Assembly: GCA_028679325.1 (NCBI GenBank)
Contig: JAJRBS010000171.1
Span: forward strand, 1-48,777
Origin: Methanoregulaceae archaeon
Lineage (GTDB): Archaea > Halobacteriota > Methanomicrobia > Methanomicrobiales > Methanospirillaceae
Length of the DNA: 48,777 nt
Direction: 5' to 3'
Each line of letters begins with the position of its first letter. Within the stretch, counting starts at the first letter, position 1. The notes beneath the pieces are model-generated. The model did not search any database. It was not told the DNA's origin and was given only the letters and a program-made list of their open reading frames with translations. This document shows positions 46,691 to 48,777 of the stretch, one piece after another. The translations under genes and the position numbers were made by a program.

Positions 46691-47779
46691 ATGACCGGCA
46701 CACCCCGTATTATCCTTCATATCGATATGGACAGTTTTTTTGCGTCAGTAGAAGTGAGGGAGCACCCCGAGCTTGCCGGAAGACCGGTTATCGTCGGGGC
46801 AAACCCACAGGAGGGGAAAGGGAGAGGGGTGGTGAGCACCAGTTCCTATGAGGCCCGGAAGTACGGCGTACACTCTGCCATGCCGATATCCCGGGCCTAC
46901 CAGCTCTGCCCGGAGGGGGTCTACATCCCGCCCCACTTCCCCCTTTACCGGCAGGCTTCCCGGGCGGTCATGCAGATCCTCTCCCGTTACGCCGACCGTG
47001 TCGAGCAGGTGAGCATCGATGAGGCCTACCTGGACCTGAGCGCGCTCGGGTCTTTCGTGATTGCCCGCAGGGTTGCGGAGGGGATAAAGGCCGTGATACG
47101 GGGTGAGGAAGGACTCACCTGTTCAGTCGGCGTGGCGTCCGGGAGGGTGATCGCAAAGATTGCAGCGGGTTTTGCCAAGCCCGATGGCCTGACAGTCGTG
47201 CCACCGGAGTCAGCCGCGGCCTTCCTCTCCCCCCTGCCGGTAGAGAAGATACCGGGTATCGGTAAAAAGACGGCCCGGATCCTGCATGGCATGGGCATCT
47301 TCACCATCGGGGACCTGGCCGGGGCAGATGTCCAGAAGCTTATCGGCAGGTTCGGGCGTTCAGTGGTTGGGCTGCAGAGGCTTGCCCAGGGAGGCGACGA
47401 AAGCGGGCTCCGGGAATTCCAGGAGAGCCGATCGGTATCCCGGGAGGTCACCTTCGATGAGGACACGAACGACGAAGTTACCCTCATCTCAACCCTTGAA
47501 GATCTCTCCCGGGACCTCTTTACCGCCATCAGTGAGGAGAAGTTGTCCTACCGGACAGTCACGGTGAAGCTGCGGTACCATGACTTCTTCACCCGGACAA
47601 AGGCCCGGAGCACTGAGCTCTATCGCCGTGACCAGAGGACCATCCTCTCTCTCTCCCGGGAACTCTTTGCCGAACTCTACAGCGGCGAGAAAGTCCGGCT
47701 CCTCGGACTCCGGCTCTCCTCCCTGAAGGGGGACGTGTCCGGCCAGAAGAAGATCGACGATTTCCTGGATACTTCCTGA
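46691..47779 (+). CDS. dinB: DNA polymerase IV (Y family)
   Basis: HIDMDSFFASVE, SYEARKYG, SIDEAY, AKPDG, PGIG, VRLLG. Confidence 0.95.
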   Translation: MTGTPRIILHIDMDSFFASVEVREHPELAGRPVIVGANPQEGKGRGVVSTSSYEARKYGVHSAMPISRAYQLCPEGVYIPPHFPLYRQASRAVMQILSRYADRVEQVSIDEAYLDLSALGSFVIARRVAEGIKAVIRGEEGLTCSVGVASGRVIAKIAAGFAKPDGLTVVPPESAAAFLSPLPVEKIPGIGKKTARILHGMGIFTIGDLAGADVQKLIGRFGRSVVGLQRLAQGGDESGLREFQESRSVSREVTFDEDTNDEVTLISTLEDLSRDLFTAISEEKLSYRTVTVKLRYHDFFTRTKARSTELYRRDQRTILSLSRELFAELYSGEKVRLLGLRLSSLKGDVSGQKKIDDFLDTS

Positions 47780-47903
47780 AAAGATCCCCGGGAGCCGTCA
47801 TCCTGGAGAAAGGGACGGGATCGCGAACGGGGATGTCCGGGACAAGAGGAGACCCGCTCAAGACCCGAGGGGATCCATGCCTGCCAGGTGTCTATGGATT
47901 GTC

Positions 47904-48188
47904 TCAACCGGCTCTTCTCTTCAGAGCATGGTCAATCATGTGGTCAATGACCTCGACTGGTATCTCGATATAGCCTGTCCGGCCGCTGACTGCCATCCAG
48001 TTGTTCAGGGAGAGAGCAATGGAAAGGAGAGAGACAGAGTTGACTGTCCGGGAGAGGATTTTGCGGACTATCTCCTCCTTGTTCACGATATGCGACCGGT
48101 ACTGGAGCTCAATCATACGGATATGCGCAAGGAACTCTGCCTCCGGGCCCCCCTGCCCGGATGCAGCTCCGCCACGATGATCTCCCAT
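47904..48188 (-). CDS. Hypothetical protein
   Basis: Protein-like amphipathic helical ORF (MGDH...ALKRRAG) filling the gap between dinB and the next gene. Confidence 0.5.
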   Translation of the reverse strand: MGDHRGGAASGQGGPEAEFLAHIRMIELQYRSHIVNKEEIVRKILSRTVNSVSLLSIALSLNNWMAVSGRTGYIEIPVEVIDHMIDHALKRRAG

Positions 48189-48295
48189 GCACAAACCTGT
48201 TGCAGGGAGGGGGATAATCATTCCGGGGTTTACCCGGTATCCTTTCGGGAAGGGCAGAGATATTATCTTTCGTGGTGAAATGATAAGTAGAAACC

Positions 48296-48777
48296 ATGGC
48301 CCCCGGAAGGTCCGAATACTACGTTCTCATCCTGTTCGAGTTCCTCTTCCTCCTCCTAGCAGTGCAGGCTGTCATCATCGAGGACACGACCCGTTTTTAC
48401 GGAGTCCTTGCCTCCATGGTGCTTGCCCTCTTCCCCGTCCTTGCAGAATGGGGACTGTCGGTCAGGCTTACACCCGGTGTGAAGACCGTGATCGCCCTGG
48501 CCCTCCTCCTCCATGTTGCCGGCGGCATCAACCGCTGGTACTGGAAGTTTGCTCCCTACTACGACAAACTGGCCCATGTGGTAGCGGCAATGGCGGTCGG
48601 GATGACCATCCTCTCTCTCTTCCTGGTCCTTGACACATGGAAGATCAGGGCCAGTCCGGGAAGGATCATTGCAGGGATGATCATCATCGTTGTTGTTCTC
48701 GGGGGGCTCTGGGAGATCGGTGAGTACTCCATCGACCTGCTCGTCCGTTCTTCGTACAATAACGGGGTGATGGATAC
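48296..48777 (+). CDS. Membrane protein, DUF2238-like (3' end outside window)
   Basis: Manual translation MAPGRSEYYVLILFEFLFLLLAV...LHVAG...YYDKLAH...LWEIGEYSID...NGVMD; several TM helices. Confidence 0.72.
   Translation, partial: MAPGRSEYYVLILFEFLFLLLAVQAVIIEDTTRFYGVLASMVLALFPVLAEWGLSVRLTPGVKTVIALALLLHVAGGINRWYWKFAPYYDKLAHVVAAMAVGMTILSLFLVLDTWKIRASPGRIIAGMIIIVVVLGGLWEIGEYSIDLLVRSSYNNGVMD

Overview
A GC-rich (roughly 55-60% by eye) archaeal chromosomal segment. Gene content (archaeal CoaD, pyrBI, A1Ao ATPase, PEGA/Thr-rich surface proteins, DUF1646) points to a Methanomicrobiales methanogen (Methanolinea/Methanoregula-like); this assignment is inferred. Left to right: gamma-carbonic-anhydrase-family gene (partial), coaD, a TPR surface protein, pyrI-pyrB, an Rsm22-like methyltransferase and an ADP-forming acyl-CoA synthetase. 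Next is a three-gene eukaryote-like signalling module: a multi-TM receptor Ser/Thr kinase with a PEGA/Thr-rich ectodomain, a wHTH-FHA transcription factor, and a kinase-less surface protein with nearly the same ectodomain. Then come a degenerate endonuclease V and a DUF1646 transporter. A ~20 kb block bounded by two tandem-USP genes holds two back-to-back rotary ATPase operons (archaeal H-I-K-E-C-F-A-B-D; bacterial-type Na+ V-ATPase E-DUF2764-A-B-D-I-K) and a pair of unknown paralogous small proteins. The right part has a split LIV ABC transporter whose two halves share a palindromic operator, a DUF1249-like gene, prpE, an HDAC-family deacetylase, aguB-aguA, a PHP protein, dinB and two hypothetical genes. 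Several intergenic regions fold into strong hairpins (candidate ncRNAs). No tRNA, rRNA, CRISPR array or IS element was seen. Family calls come from motif recognition, not database searches.
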